This document shows positions 18,910-28,229 of a stretch of DNA of 64,000 nucleotides, piece after piece; the first letter of the stretch is position 1, and each line of letters starts with the position of its first letter. The translations under genes and the position numbers were made by a program. Location of the stretch: the IMG/VR virus record IMGVR_UViG_3300008954_003475, positions 124,001 through 188,000 of that record. The stretch is one strand, 5' to 3'. Below the pieces are notes generated by a model. It was not told the origin of the DNA. It made no database searches and saw only the letters and a program-made list of their open reading frames with translations.

Positions 18910-20070
18910 TCATTCTATGGAATTTATCAATGGATTAACGTCCTCTGCTGCCCCATCTGTTTCAAGAGCGCCAACGATAGGGTCTTTATATCCTAAATAT
19001 ATATCTCTAACCTCTTGATCATTAGCTTGTACAAAGCTGTCTCCGGATTCAACAAATGCCAATAAAGCTTTATCTCGGCCTCGTATCTTTTCTCCATTTA
19101 TAAGATAGCTCTGACTGCTTGGCCTTTCTATTAGGCCATACTTTACAGACAGATCAAAAACTTCTTCCTCGGCATTTACAATTCCTTTTTTATATTCTAC
19201 TTTATATTCGGCTTTGCGAAATGGCGCTCCAACCTTATTCTTCTGAATCTTAGCTCTAACCGTATGCCCAATCCGACCTCCCTCATCATCTTTTATAACC
19301 GAATCTGCACTAAAAACAGGAGCCATATTTATCATTAAACTGCATGCATGCTTAAGAGCCTTACCTCCAGGAGAGGTCGTTGGATCTCCAAACATTTGGC
19401 CTAAATTAACACGAACCTGATTAATGCCTATGAAGGCAACATTCGCTTGAGCAACAACCGGAGTAAGCTTCTTCAGCTCTGTGGACAAAAACCGTGGAAT
19501 TGGAGCCATATTTGCCTTGCCTATATCTGCAGAAATTTCCAATGGAGTATTCAAAACAGCTATTGAATCAAGAACTATTATTCCAAGATTTCTAAACCTA
19601 GGATCCTTCCCCTCTATAATATGATCCAAAATTCCCTTCATATTTTTTGATGCTTTTTTAGTTTTAGAATTAACCTTCATCGTTCCAATTAGTCCTTGGA
19701 AAATAGCTCTTGCATCATTAGTCTTTATCACCATAACCCTGGATATGTCTACGCCCTGATTCTGTGCCCACTCTGGATCATAAGTATATTCCGCATCTAT
19801 AAAAAGAGCTGTATTATCAGGATTCTCATCCAAGTAACTCTTTATGCACGATAAGGCAAGCATTGTTTTTCCAGAACTCTCTTGACCTGCAAGCTGAGTG
19901 ATCCTTCCCATAGGGATTCCGCCTATGCCTATCGACTCATCGAGCGCAGGACTGCCTGTACTTATTGCATCATATTTTGTAGAAATATTTCCATCGAAAA
20001 AGATCGTATCTTCCCCAAAGAAATTAACAATTTCTTTCTCGGCCTCAGAGGCCGTTATTTTTATCGACAT
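18910..20070 (-). CDS. recA: RecA/UvsX recombinase
   Basis: GQESSGKT, FIDAE, VLDSIA, INQVR, GGKALK, KNKV; start moved to ATG 20070 with a GGAG RBS. Confidence 0.95.
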   Translation of the reverse strand: MSIKITASEAEKEIVNFFGEDTIFFDGNISTKYDAISTGSPALDESIGIGGIPMGRITQLAGQESSGKTMLALSCIKSYLDENPDNTALFIDAEYTYDPEWAQNQGVDISRVMVIKTNDARAIFQGLIGTMKVNSKTKKASKNMKGILDHIIEGKDPRFRNLGIIVLDSIAVLNTPLEISADIGKANMAPIPRFLSTELKKLTPVVAQANVAFIGINQVRVNLGQMFGDPTTSPGGKALKHACSLMINMAPVFSADSVIKDDEGGRIGHTVRAKIQKNKVGAPFRKAEYKVEYKKGIVNAEEEVFDLSVKYGLIERPSSQSYLINGEKIRGRDKALLAFVESGDSFVQANDQEVRDIYLGYKDPIVGALETDGAAEDVNPLINSIE

Positions 20071-20081
20071 ATTCAACTCCT

Positions 20082-21737
20082 TTAATATTTGTGTCTCAAA
20101 GTACCCTCTTCTGGAGGGCGCCACCCCGTAGGCGGCTGCCAGCTTGACGGATTATTTGCCTGTTCCGATACAATCGCCTCTGTATTTATAAGAAGCAACG
20201 AAATACTTGCAGCATTCTGCAAAGCTATTCTCGACACCTTTTTCGGATCAATAACTCCGGCCTTAACCAAATCTTCAAACTTTCCATTAACAGCATTATA
20301 TCCAAGGTTAGAATTTCTTGATTTCAAAACTCGTTCAACAACTGCCTCATAATCTTCACATGCATTTTCAACGATTTGTCTAATCGGACGAATACATGCA
20401 TCTAAAAGAACCTTTGCCGCAGGAACCAGATCGGCATCCAAGCCTGACAAGCTAACTTTCTTAGCGGCCCTCAGAAGGGCAATGCCACCACCCGGAACAA
20501 AGCCCTCCTCTATGGCCGCCCTTGTTGCACAAATAGAGTCTTCAACCCTATCCCCCTTCTCTCTCAGCTCAAGCTCGGTTGAGTAGCCTACAGTCACAAT
20601 GGCTGCTTTATTTTGCAAATAAGCCATCCTTTTTCTTACATCAAGCCTAGCAGAATCTCCTATCAACTTGTCTAAGTCCTTCTGATAAATAGTTAGACGC
20701 TCATCTATTCTTGCTTGATCTTTTCTTCCCTCTAATATCTTAGTTAAATATTTATTTACAATAACCTTCTTTGCAAAGCCCAAATCCTCAACCTTAGCCT
20801 TTGATAAAGGATTTCCCAACTCTGTTCCGAATATTTTCGTTCCAGTAAGAATAGACATACACTCAAGCCATTCCGTTCTGCTTCCAGGGTCTATGCCTGT
20901 GGGCGGAAGATTAACGGCAACGGCTTTAATTCTTCCTAATTTATTATTTGCAACCAATGTAGCCAACGCTTCTTGCTTTACTGCTTTTGCTATAATCAAA
21001 ACTGGCAAGCTGTTATTTGATAATTCGTTAAGAAGGTCTATACAAGAAGACATTGACGTAATATCTTCATCACAAATTAAAATATTACAATTCTCAATCA
21101 CAACATCCGCCTGCTGTTCTTCTGTTAAAAATGCAGAAGTTACATAGCCGCTCTCAACCTCTACGCCGTCTACAAACCTAACCGAAGTATCTGGGCCTGG
21201 ACATGCCTCTGCGGCAACGGTCCCTTCTAAACCAACCGTATGAAATGCCTCTGCTATCTTATCGCCTATCTCTTGATCATTGTTTGCAGAAATTGTCGCA
21301 ATATTCCTAAGGGTCTCTAAATCACTTACCTCAGTTGCCATATCATTTAGATTAGTCACAACCTGCTTTACAGCCCACTGAACGCCCCGCTTGAAAAAGA
21401 GAGGACTATAATTATCATCTATTAACTCATTTCCTCTTTTTAAAATCTCATGAGCCAAAACAGTGGCAGTAGTTGTTCCGTCTCCGGCAATAGCTGCAGT
21501 TCGACCCGCAGCTTCTTTCACCAACTGACACGCCAGCTCTTCCACCGGGTGTTCAAGAGTTACCTCTCTAGCAACAGTTACACCATCCTTAGTTATAACG
21601 GGCGCTCCAACATATTTCCCCAGAATTACATTCTTACCTTGAGGCCCCATCGTAACGCCAACAGTCTTTGCGAGCTTTTCTGCTCCAGAAAGAAGCGCTG
21701 ATCGAGCTTCTTTGTTATAAGTTAAATCTTTAGCCAT
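20082..21737 (-). CDS. groEL: GroEL-like chaperonin
   Basis: TMGPQGKNV, ITKDGVTVA, GDGTTTATVLA, ISANND, VPGGG, GVIDP; no GGM tail. Confidence 0.95.
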   Translation of the reverse strand: MAKDLTYNKEARSALLSGAEKLAKTVGVTMGPQGKNVILGKYVGAPVITKDGVTVAREVTLEHPVEELACQLVKEAAGRTAAIAGDGTTTATVLAHEILKRGNELIDDNYSPLFFKRGVQWAVKQVVTNLNDMATEVSDLETLRNIATISANNDQEIGDKIAEAFHTVGLEGTVAAEACPGPDTSVRFVDGVEVESGYVTSAFLTEEQQADVVIENCNILICDEDITSMSSCIDLLNELSNNSLPVLIIAKAVKQEALATLVANNKLGRIKAVAVNLPPTGIDPGSRTEWLECMSILTGTKIFGTELGNPLSKAKVEDLGFAKKVIVNKYLTKILEGRKDQARIDERLTIYQKDLDKLIGDSARLDVRKRMAYLQNKAAIVTVGYSTELELREKGDRVEDSICATRAAIEEGFVPGGGIALLRAAKKVSLSGLDADLVPAAKVLLDACIRPIRQIVENACEDYEAVVERVLKSRNSNLGYNAVNGKFEDLVKAGVIDPKKVSRIALQNAASISLLLINTEAIVSEQANNPSSWQPPTGWRPPEEGTLRHKY

Positions 21738-22272
21738 TGTTTCTTTCCTTAAAAATATATGTTAACGCTACAGCCATAGCGTCCGCTTCATCATAACACT
21801 CTTTAGCTATTTTACCATTTTTATTATTTCTCAAACTAAAATTAGAAAAGTATTTTTTTATAAATTCGAAGCACTCTTCTTTCGATGAAATTTTGTAACC
21901 AGCCTCTTTTGAGAGCATAGATCTGATTGTTACGACCGCATATCTATGCGGCTCATACTTTAAACCCTTTAGGCAAGCTATAGAGATTAGCTCATTAAAA
22001 ACAGACAAAACAATTATTGTTCTTGCCGTACTTCTTCCTGCTGGAAATTTATTCGCATATGCTTCTGATGCAACAGAATCTGGCATCTTTTCTACTAAAA
22101 GATCACAGACTTCATCATGCGCACTTAAAGCTCTAACTGCCAAAGAACCTTTATTGCTCTTTGGAGGTTTTATGTGTCCGTACTCTTTTAGCTCTATTGT
22201 CTGATCATCATACTCAAGCAGCGACCAACCAATAGTGCTAGACGATATATCTAATCCTAAAACTGTTTTCAT
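21730..22272 (-). CDS. ruvC: RuvC-like Holliday junction resolvase
   Basis: VLGLDISSSTIGW, central E, C-terminal DEADAMAVA. Confidence 0.85.
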   Translation of the reverse strand: MKTVLGLDISSSTIGWSLLEYDDQTIELKEYGHIKPPKSNKGSLAVRALSAHDEVCDLLVEKMPDSVASEAYANKFPAGRSTARTIIVLSVFNELISIACLKGLKYEPHRYAVVTIRSMLSKEAGYKISSKEECFEFIKKYFSNFSLRNNKNGKIAKECYDEADAMAVALTYIFKERNNG

Positions 22273-22273
22273 A

Positions 22274-22309
22274 ATAAAAGGCGCATAGAGATTCTACTCT
22301 ATGCGCCTT
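22274..22309 (-). terminator. hairpin terminator downstream of the SSB gene
   Basis: 13-bp perfect stem aaggcgcatagag/ctctatgcgcctt, 6-nt loop, T-rich tail on the minus strand. Confidence 0.75.
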
Positions 22310-22352
22310 AAACTATCTCAAAAAAGTTCTTATGAACTATTCTCTGAAAGAC

Positions 22353-22961
22353 CTACTCGAAATCAAAATCGAAATCATCATCTGTTGCTGTTACAACATC
22401 TGCAGTTCCGGTTTCAGCACTCCAGCCCATAACCTCTAAAACATCAGAGGCTTCAGCGGGAGAAATAAGCTTCTCGACATTCACTCTGTCATTAAAGTCT
22501 ACGAATGTAGCCTTAAAGTCAGAGGACAACGGTTCCTTTGGATTCGGAGTAACGCTATAAAGCGGCTGAGAACCCTTTGGACCCTTGAAGATAGTTACGT
22601 CATAAGCCGTAACCTTGCCCCAACGACTGTTATTATACAAAGCCTTAACTCCGTTATAAATCTGTGGACCAACTTCGAGAATGCGAAATTCATCATCCGT
22701 TCTGTCGAGGACCTTTATCAGCCATCGCGCTTGACGCCGAAAGCCTGAATCCTCAAGCCTGCGGACAAGATCTGGATGATCAACCGGACTGTTCACCTTT
22801 CGTCGTGAACCATCTGGCGTAACCACCCAATGAATATAAAACTGAACCGGGTTACCCATAACCCGAACTGTGTTCTCACCCTCTTCTAACCGCAAGAAGT
22901 CGGACTTTGTTCCCGAATCTGCGGCATTCCAATCAACTTCTCCAAATACCATACTTGTCAT
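22353..22961 (-). CDS. single-stranded DNA-binding protein (gp32-like)
   Basis: DFLRLEEGENTVRVMG, ILEVGPQIY, YDVTIFK..YSV; acidic/aromatic tail DDDFDFDFE; replication gene context. Confidence 0.75.
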   Translation of the reverse strand: MTSMVFGEVDWNAADSGTKSDFLRLEEGENTVRVMGNPVQFYIHWVVTPDGSRRKVNSPVDHPDLVRRLEDSGFRRQARWLIKVLDRTDDEFRILEVGPQIYNGVKALYNNSRWGKVTAYDVTIFKGPKGSQPLYSVTPNPKEPLSSDFKATFVDFNDRVNVEKLISPAEASDVLEVMGWSAETGTADVVTATDDDFDFDFE

Positions 22962-23041
22962 TTCTTTCTCCTAATTATCTGTGACACTGTCACGTTCTGT
23001 GGCTTAACCGTAGAATTACGGATTGTTGCCATGTTTTAGTT

Positions 23042-23602
23042 TTAGCCCCACTCTATATCATCGGCATCACCGCCGAAGTCATCAGGCTTAACTGATCTGG
23101 TGGGAAATGGATCAGCCTCAACGCCTACACTATTATACCCTACTCCACTAGCGTTTTCAATAGAATAATCTCTTCGTAAAAATGTTTTTAAAGCATAATG
23201 CCAACCTGAAAAATAACTGGCCTTATTCTCAAGCCACTTCTTACACGCCTTTGCAAGAGTTAGCTGATTACAAGCATCAATATAATCATCATCAGCTTGA
23301 GCGTGCCACTCTTTATCCTTTACAGTTTTGAAACCAGCCTCTTTTGCTTTATGCAAAGCAGCATTTGACCATGTTTTATTTTTATTAGACTCTAAAAACC
23401 CAATCCATCTATCAATTTGAACAATCTTTTCCTGACACAGATTCTGGCCCTCAAGGGTATAGAGCAAACCTTTCTCTGCTATATTCGAATCGACCACCCC
23501 ATTGGTCGGCAACAAGCTTATAACATCTTCTATCGGAGAAATATCGATATCCTCAATAGAAAATGAATTTATTGAAATTTTTTCATGAAGTTTCGACACC
23601 AT
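23042..23602 (-). CDS. UvsY-like recombination mediator (putative)
   Basis: Helical protein with KTVKDKEWHAQADDDY..KKWLE..W.YALK pattern; adjacent to SSB and near recA. Confidence 0.5.
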   Translation of the reverse strand: MVSKLHEKISINSFSIEDIDISPIEDVISLLPTNGVVDSNIAEKGLLYTLEGQNLCQEKIVQIDRWIGFLESNKNKTWSNAALHKAKEAGFKTVKDKEWHAQADDDYIDACNQLTLAKACKKWLENKASYFSGWHYALKTFLRRDYSIENASGVGYNSVGVEADPFPTRSVKPDDFGGDADDIEWG

Positions 23603-23939
23603 CTTCTCCTAATATTTTTTCTTCTAATCGCTCTAGGCGCTCAACCATATTATTCACAGCCATAAAATTGTCAACTTTAGTTTCAAAGTCCATAATCTTA
23701 TTTATCTTTCGGTCCAAAGCTCTAACCCTTTGATTCATCATAACATTTAATAGAAAAAAGATTACTCCCATAGAAATAGTTTTATTTACAGGCGGATTAA
23801 CAGAAGTTATTATCCCATTTTTATCTGTTTTGAACAAACCTACGAAGTCTGTGTCTCCAAACTGTTCTTTCAAACTTTTGTAATATTCAAATTCGCCATC
23901 GCTTAATTCTAGGCGTTTATTTCCAACTGCCCTTATCAC
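23583..23939 (-). CDS. hypothetical protein
   Basis: 118-aa ORF with overlapping start/stop and a C-terminal coiled coil. Confidence 0.6.
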   Translation of the reverse strand: MIRAVGNKRLELSDGEFEYYKSLKEQFGDTDFVGLFKTDKNGIITSVNPPVNKTISMGVIFFLLNVMMNQRVRALDRKINKIMDFETKVDNFMAVNNMVERLERLEEKILGEDGVETS

Positions 23940-24448
23940 TCCGTGACCCTCCGAACTGTTGGACCCGTACCTGCAACGGCCTTTTCCTTAGCAATACGCT
24001 TCAGCCTTGCCACCTTCAAATCTAAATCAGCACCCTCTGCCTCTTCGTCCATCTTGGATAACATTTCATTTCTCACTTCGTCTCTTATGCTGTCATAATC
24101 ATCTTCGTCACCTTGACCTTGGCCGGCTGCATCCTCAAACTCTTCAATCTCCCCTTCTCCATCGCTCAAAGCAGAGCCCTCTTGGAACTCCTGAACATCA
24201 TCGGAAGAAGCTTCTTCCGATCTTGTCGGGAAAAACTCTGTCAACATAAACAATGTTATATCAAAAATCAAATCCTCATTTAACTCTTGAGAAAATGATT
24301 GCTCTAAGATTCTGCTCTTTAAAAGCCTAAGTCTTTGCATGTGCAGATCTCCGAAAAGAGCAGCTCCACAAGACGGGCAGCAATTTTTGACGAGACTATG
24401 CCGCATAGTCTCAACAACTTCAAATTCACACCTTTTACAAGTAATCAT
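23936..24448 (-). CDS. Zn-ribbon protein with an acidic linker
   Basis: CKRC...CPSC at the N-terminus; ATGA-coupled to dnaE. Confidence 0.65.
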   Translation of the reverse strand: MITCKRCEFEVVETMRHSLVKNCCPSCGAALFGDLHMQRLRLLKSRILEQSFSQELNEDLIFDITLFMLTEFFPTRSEEASSDDVQEFQEGSALSDGEGEIEEFEDAAGQGQGDEDDYDSIRDEVRNEMLSKMDEEAEGADLDLKVARLKRIAKEKAVAGTGPTVRRVTE

Positions 24449-27400
24449 ACCTCTCTCCCATATACCCTCTCAAGAGAAGAAAGGGCTAAATCTTTTTGGT
24501 CCAAATAAGTATTGACTCTACATATGGCCTTAATTGGAATGCCGTCTTTCAACATAGTCCTATACTTTGCATAATCTTCGGCCCATAACGTTAAGCCACA
24601 AGTATCACCATTTATATCTTCCACAAGATATTTGGCAAACTTCTTGCCTACATTTTTACCATTTTTAATCTTAAATTCCTTAATTTTTGTTTTTATTATA
24701 GCTTCAATCTTTATTCTAGATCCACTATTCAAAGTGTCAATCTGCGACAAAGGCGTTACCAAAGAACCGCCCGAGAAAAAACTCTTAAAAACTTCGTGCA
24801 AATTTCCGCTCAAGGATCTTCCCAACACCTCTCTTTCGAAAAGAAGCGTCTCTTTTCTATCCCAACCCTCTTCTATCTTTCCAAACTCTAGTCCAGACAC
24901 TATCTCTCGAAATTCATTTGAATCTTTTGAAATAGAATGAACCTCAAATAATTCTGTTCTTCTATCTTTTGGAATCTTCTTTAGATTCGGATTATGTTTA
25001 AAAATTCTTGATTCAATCATCTTCTTAATTGCATTTTTAGCCTTCGAACGATACTTCTGATAATTATCATGCATATCCTTTCTTGTTCTGTCAAAACAAT
25101 CTAACGCTCCTGCTTTCGAAAGAGACTGTATAACCGTCTTCCCAACTGTTCTGCTGTCGTTTCTAGACAAGAAATCTGGATAATTTTCATAAGGCTGATT
25201 TTCCATTATACTCTCTATAGCCTTATCTCCAACACCTTTTATTGCAGATATTCCAGTTGAGATATTTCCATCTTCTAATATCTTATACCTGCCAACACTG
25301 TGATTTACGTTTGGCGGCAAAACCTCGATCCCCATCTTTCGACATTCATCAAGATACTCTTGCACTTTATCACTATTTGGATCTTCCGAATTTATTAATG
25401 CACACATAAATTGAGATGGATAATGACACTTTAACCATGCGGTATAAAAAGAAATGATAGAATAAGAAATCGAATGTGACTTATTAAAAGCATATCCGCC
25501 AAGCGGCTCTATATACGACTTCCAAATTTTGCACGCTATCTCATATGACATCTTACTGTATTCCATACAGTCTTTAACAAAGTTTGTTTCTGTGCGCAAA
25601 ACAAGCCTTGGATCCTTGCCCTTTAGCTTGCTTATCTTTCTCAAAGCATCAGCTTGATTCAAGTCCCATCCTGCGCAATCTTGCGCAATAATCATCGCCT
25701 GCTCTTCATACACCAAAACACCATAGGTCTTTTCCAAAGCTCTTTTTAAATTAGGATGCTCATATGTAGCCTTCTCCATTCCAAGCCTTCTCTTTGCATA
25801 GCGCTTCCTTTCGGCTGGCTTACAAGAGGGTCTTCCTATTGCGTTAATTGCAGATATATCTTCTATATTTTTAGGTTTAAGCCTTATACAGAAAGGCGTC
25901 AAAGAAGATTCTAATTGAAATAATCCAACAGTTTTACCCCGACCAATCATAGCATAGGCCTTTTCATCCTTCATGTCTATGTCTTCTACCGTAAGCTTTT
26001 CCCCAGTAGTTTCTTCAATAAGTTTAAATGCATTATCTATTACAGTAAGCGTCTTTAGGCCTAAAAGATCCATCTTTATAAGACCATTCTCTTCACACCT
26101 AGTCTTTTCCCACTGCGTTATATTGTGCCCTTCCTTATCTATTCTCAAAGGAATAGTTTCATATAATGCATTTTCACCAATAACCACACCTGCTGCATGC
26201 ATTGACCAGTTTCTTGTAAGATTTTGCAATTTAGACGCATACGCGTACAACTCTGGATATTGGCTCATATACTCTGACAGCTGTGTGCTTTCAGACATTG
26301 CATCATCTAGAGTTTCTGCATCAGGCATAATAGCCGTTATTGTATTTGCAATTTTAAAAGCAGAAGATTTATCCCCACCAAGCCTCAAACTTCTCGCAAC
26401 ATCTTTAATCACAACCCTTGGAGATAGAGTGCTCCAGTTAGATATAGAAGCAACTTTGTCCGATCCATACTTATCTTTTATATAATCTTTCACAATTCCA
26501 GGATCAGAAAAATCAGAATCAATATCTGGAAAAGACTTCTTTTGATTATTGTGAAATCTTTCAAAAATTAAGTCATACTCTATCGGGTCAACATTTGTTA
26601 TGCCTGTAAGATACGCTACAAGCGAACCAGCCGCCGAACCGCGAGCAGGGCCTACCGGCATTCTTTCCTTTGCCCAATTAACATAGTCTGCAACGATCAA
26701 CATATAGGATGAAAAATTCTTATCTTCCAATACAGACAACTCTGTCTTTACCCTCTCCCAATACTCATCTCTATCATCGTTGTCAAGATGAGACAGCTTA
26801 TCCTTAAAACCCTCGATGCACTTGTATCGAAGATATGCTTTATCATCCGGAACATTAGATCCCAAATTATCCTTCCACTCTCTGAACTCTTTAAAGTCTG
26901 GTTCTTCAGAAACGGAAAAAACAGGCAGCATGGCGCCTTTTGGTTTTATATAAGAAGGCTCAGCACATGCATTCATAATCTTTAATGAATTTTGCATACC
27001 TATTTCGGCAATCTTTGGACCAAAAAAATCAATAATTTCATTATGTGTTTTTAGATACATATCTTGAACACCATAACGAAACCTATCTGGATCATCTATT
27101 GCTTTTTTATCTTTGATAGCAAGCATGCAATCATGAAACTTTGCATGCTCCCTGTCTCTATAGTGAGCATCACAAGTTATGACATAAGGAATGTTATAAT
27201 CACTAGAAATTTTCAACAAAGACTCATTAAGTTTTATTTGATTTACTTCTTTTCCATTTTTATTTACAGCATAAAGACTGTGCGGCTGAAGTTCCAAAAA
27301 AAATCTATCTTTAAAAATACCATTCAATCTTTTAATATGCGACAAAGCCAAATCTTCTTCTTGCTCCGTTATAAGAGTTTTTGCCACGATACCATTGCAA

Positions 27401-27816
27401 CAAGCCGTTAATGCAAAAACTCCTTCATTATAATTCTCTATATGCTCCCAAGATATTCTAGGAGTTTGCTTTCCCATATATCCAGAAACCTGGTTTTGAT
27501 ATGATAAATAATTAAGCCTAAGAATATTTTTAAAACCAACTTCACTATTAGCCAAAAGAACCAAGTGATAAGACTTCTTGCTAGTTAAATCGTCTGTAAA
27601 ATATGCCTCCATCCCAGGAATAAGCTTTACACCAGTCTCTTGACTGGCTTTCCAAGCATCATATAATGCAGTCAATGTTCCATGATCTGTAACAGCAACT
27701 GCGGGATGACCAACCTCTTTAGCTCTTCTGAACAAATCATAAGTATCGTTCATCCCATCCAATGGGCTTCCTAGCTCTGTATGATTATGCAAAGATACAA
27801 AGGGACCTTTTACCAT
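24445..27816 (-). CDS. dnaE: DNA polymerase III alpha subunit (family C, DnaE)
   Basis: PHP domain (LHNHT, TDHG, GMEAY, CDAHY), GPARGSAAGS, FPDIDSDF, HAAGVV, KMDLLGL, YAFNKSH, C-terminal OB fold. Confidence 0.97.
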   Translation of the reverse strand: MVKGPFVSLHNHTELGSPLDGMNDTYDLFRRAKEVGHPAVAVTDHGTLTALYDAWKASQETGVKLIPGMEAYFTDDLTSKKSYHLVLLANSEVGFKNILRLNYLSYQNQVSGYMGKQTPRISWEHIENYNEGVFALTACCNGIVAKTLITEQEEDLALSHIKRLNGIFKDRFFLELQPHSLYAVNKNGKEVNQIKLNESLLKISSDYNIPYVITCDAHYRDREHAKFHDCMLAIKDKKAIDDPDRFRYGVQDMYLKTHNEIIDFFGPKIAEIGMQNSLKIMNACAEPSYIKPKGAMLPVFSVSEEPDFKEFREWKDNLGSNVPDDKAYLRYKCIEGFKDKLSHLDNDDRDEYWERVKTELSVLEDKNFSSYMLIVADYVNWAKERMPVGPARGSAAGSLVAYLTGITNVDPIEYDLIFERFHNNQKKSFPDIDSDFSDPGIVKDYIKDKYGSDKVASISNWSTLSPRVVIKDVARSLRLGGDKSSAFKIANTITAIMPDAETLDDAMSESTQLSEYMSQYPELYAYASKLQNLTRNWSMHAAGVVIGENALYETIPLRIDKEGHNITQWEKTRCEENGLIKMDLLGLKTLTVIDNAFKLIEETTGEKLTVEDIDMKDEKAYAMIGRGKTVGLFQLESSLTPFCIRLKPKNIEDISAINAIGRPSCKPAERKRYAKRRLGMEKATYEHPNLKRALEKTYGVLVYEEQAMIIAQDCAGWDLNQADALRKISKLKGKDPRLVLRTETNFVKDCMEYSKMSYEIACKIWKSYIEPLGGYAFNKSHSISYSIISFYTAWLKCHYPSQFMCALINSEDPNSDKVQEYLDECRKMGIEVLPPNVNHSVGRYKILEDGNISTGISAIKGVGDKAIESIMENQPYENYPDFLSRNDSRTVGKTVIQSLSKAGALDCFDRTRKDMHDNYQKYRSKAKNAIKKMIESRIFKHNPNLKKIPKDRRTELFEVHSISKDSNEFREIVSGLEFGKIEEGWDRKETLLFEREVLGRSLSGNLHEVFKSFFSGGSLVTPLSQIDTLNSGSRIKIEAIIKTKIKEFKIKNGKNVGKKFAKYLVEDINGDTCGLTLWAEDYAKYRTMLKDGIPIKAICRVNTYLDQKDLALSSLERVYGREV

Positions 27817-27855
27817 CTTGACTCCAAATTAAATAATCTTATAACGAATAACCAA

Positions 27856-27879
27856 GTCGCCACCCTTGAAGGTGGCGAC
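27856..27879 (-). terminator. GC-rich hairpin upstream of dnaE (possible terminator or RNA stability element)
   Basis: gtcgccacc-cttgaa-ggtggcgac; the U-tail is weak. Confidence 0.5.
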
Positions 27880-27931
27880 CTATAAATAGTATATTCACAC
27901 AAAACTAAAATGCTACATTATTTTTGTTAAT

Positions 27932-28213
27932 TCAATCAACAAATAAATCAACGATATTATCGTAGATTTCATTTACGACATCCATATCAAGCTCTTGTCT
28001 TGCAACCCGCAAAGCTTGAGTTAATTCCTTTTTGGGAATGCTTTTTCTCTTTAGAAAGTCTGCAGACCACTCTCGCCTTGAGTCTTGCAGGTCTTTTATC
28101 TGTTGCTCATAAACCATAAACTGATTTACATAATCCTTTACATCTTCTATGGACCAAGTTGTGTTCTCTTCTGCTTCAGCCTCTTCTTCATTAAAAATAC
28201 GTACAATGCTCAT
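27932..28213 (-). CDS. GapR/T4 DsbA-like small DNA-binding protein (putative)
   Basis: VKDYVNQFMVYEQQIKDLQDSRREWSADFLKRKSIPKKELTQALRVAR fits the coiled-coil plus helix pattern of the family. Confidence 0.5.
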   Translation of the reverse strand: MSIVRIFNEEEAEAEENTTWSIEDVKDYVNQFMVYEQQIKDLQDSRREWSADFLKRKSIPKKELTQALRVARQELDMDVVNEIYDNIVDLFVD

Positions 28214-28229
28214 ATCTACTCCTCAATAT

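Noticed and set aside
18910-27816. Inteins or introns in recA, dnaE (and terL)
   Set aside because: Lengths are near canonical, no C...HN-[CST] intein boundaries or LAGLIDADG blocks were seen, and the inserts are short.
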